Positions 63,214 through 64,000 of a stretch of DNA of 64,000 nucleotides are shown here, in pieces. Every line of letters begins with the position of its first letter. Within the stretch, counting starts at the first letter, position 1. Source of the stretch: Planctomycetota bacterium. GTDB lineage: Bacteria > Planctomycetota > PLA2 > JAEUHO01. The stretch covers positions 251,419-315,418 of the forward strand of contig JBFWRP010000001.1 of NCBI GenBank assembly GCA_050248855.1, given 5' to 3'. The position numbers were made by a program, and so were the translations under genes. The notes beneath the pieces were generated by a model. The model was not told the origin of the DNA. It saw only the letters and a list, made by a program, of their open reading frames with translations, and did not search any database.

Positions 63214-63497
63214 CGGCCTGGCTCCTGTCGTGGCGACGAGACCGCACGCAGGCGACGTCGCGCCGCGAGGTCCTCGACCTCCCGGACGATCCGCTGGCGC
63301 TCGTCGCTGGCGGCCTCGCGGACCTGCGCCAGGGTCGTGGCCAAGCGCAGGTGGCGCTGGCGGAGCGTCGGATCGTCGACGTCATCCGCGTTGACACACA
63401 GCAACTCGCTTGCCAGCGACTGCAGGCTGCCATGCAAGACGCGCACATGCAGGAGCGCCTGCTCGTAGCGGAACGCTGCTTCCTCGATTCTTGCCAT
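63210..63497 (-). CDS. Small helical hypothetical protein (95 aa)
   Basis: ORF 63210..63638 is trimmed to ATG 63497 (MARIEEAAFRYEQALLHVRVLHGSLQSLASELL...). It is coupled to the downstream small ORF. Confidence 0.4.
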   Translation of the reverse strand: MARIEEAAFRYEQALLHVRVLHGSLQSLASELLCVNADDVDDPTLRQRHLRLATTLAQVREAASDERQRIVREVEDLAARRRLRAVSSPRQEPGR

Positions 63498-63698
63498 CCC
63501 CACGCCCTTGGCGGACCCGCCCGTACTGGCAACCGACCCAGGGTAGCAAGTGCCCGGGGGCGATGCCGGGGCGCACGGGAGGCGTGCCCCAATGGTGCGC
63601 CGAACGTCCCATGGGGTGCCTGCGCACCCGCACGACACGCCGCATGGCCGGCGGCCCCCTGGCCCGCTCCTTGCTCTGGATGGCGGCGTGGAGGCCCC

Positions 63699-64000
63699 AT
63701 GGCCAAGTCACGTGACCAGAACTTCGAGCCCGACAAGTCCGGCCGGGCGTCGCCCGCAGGTGCAGCCTCCGATGCCGAGGCCCTCTCCGGGCACGGTCCC
63801 GACGTCTGGAAGGCTCGCTGGCCCGAGGTCCGGAAGAAGATCGAAGCCACGTGGAGCGACCTCGCATCCGACGAGCTGGAAGCAACCTTCGAGAGCCGCG
63901 ACGATCTCCTCCGGGCGATCCAGCGCAGGACCGGCGAGGATCTCGATGAGATCACGCGCCGAATCGAGCGGATCGAACGGGAGCTGCCGGAGGCTGGACC
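63699..64000 (+). CDS. Hypothetical protein, partial (continues past the window end)
   Basis: ATG 63699 has GGAGG 6 nt upstream. I translated it by hand as MAKSRDQNFEPDKSGRASPAGAASDAEALSGHGPDVWKARWPEVRKKIEATWSDLASDELEATFESRDDLLRAIQRRTGEDLDEITRRIERIERELPEAG.... It shows no stop before 64000, so the supplied track does not list it. Confidence 0.4.
   Translation, partial: MAKSRDQNFEPDKSGRASPAGAASDAEALSGHGPDVWKARWPEVRKKIEATWSDLASDELEATFESRDDLLRAIQRRTGEDLDEITRRIERIERELPEAG

Noticed and set aside
1-64000. Search for rRNA, tRNA, CRISPR arrays, transposases, integrases and phage structural genes
   Set aside because: I saw no cloverleaf-compatible 75-90 nt segments, no rRNA-like conserved blocks, no regularly spaced direct repeats with unique spacers, and no ORFs with DDE/RNase-H, tyrosine or serine recombinase, or capsid/terminase signatures. 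The only mobile-looking signal is the repeated HTH gene, which is reported as a finding.

Overview
This is a 64 kb, roughly 70% GC window with myxobacterial-type content. Coding density is high and the strands carry many spurious antisense ORFs, which I rejected. The window is not a single operon but a mosaic of signalling and stress modules.

What it contains:
- Three eukaryotic-like Ser/Thr protein kinase (STPK) genes that are each adjacent to, or translationally coupled with, an ECF sigma factor gene (near 1..5477, 22975..27380 and 53472..56464). One STPK carries a triplicated, unrecognised extracytoplasmic module on both sides of its kinase domain.
- A long minus-strand array at 22975..30502 that links the following, in order: a 2TM Gly-zipper protein, an e(P4)-type periplasmic acid phosphatase, a secreted protein with a nucleotidyltransferase-fold motif, a kinase, a sigma factor and a second kinase.
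- A small secreted protein made of four tandem 17-aa Gly-rich repeats, followed by a perfect hairpin.
- A 12-TM transporter fused to HEAT-like repeats and a cNMP-binding domain.
- A pyruvate:ferredoxin oxidoreductase (PFOR) translationally coupled to a dihydroorotate dehydrogenase (DHOD)-like flavoprotein that lacks the catalytic Cys.
- A sigma-54-dependent response regulator, a globin-coupled sensor and a histidine kinase forming one operon.
- A stress array (Hsp20, DksA/TraR-like, PAC2, CBS, two coupled UspA genes).
- Three consecutive GH130 glycoside-phosphorylase domains spread over two genes.
- A region at 57.8-62.9 kb where a small HTH gene occurs as a full copy, a 5'-truncated copy and a 3' fragment. 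These copies bracket apparent cargo genes and sit next to a truncated MsrP-like remnant.
- A GroEL N-terminal fragment (pseudogene).

I found no rRNA, tRNA, CRISPR array, transposase or integrase.
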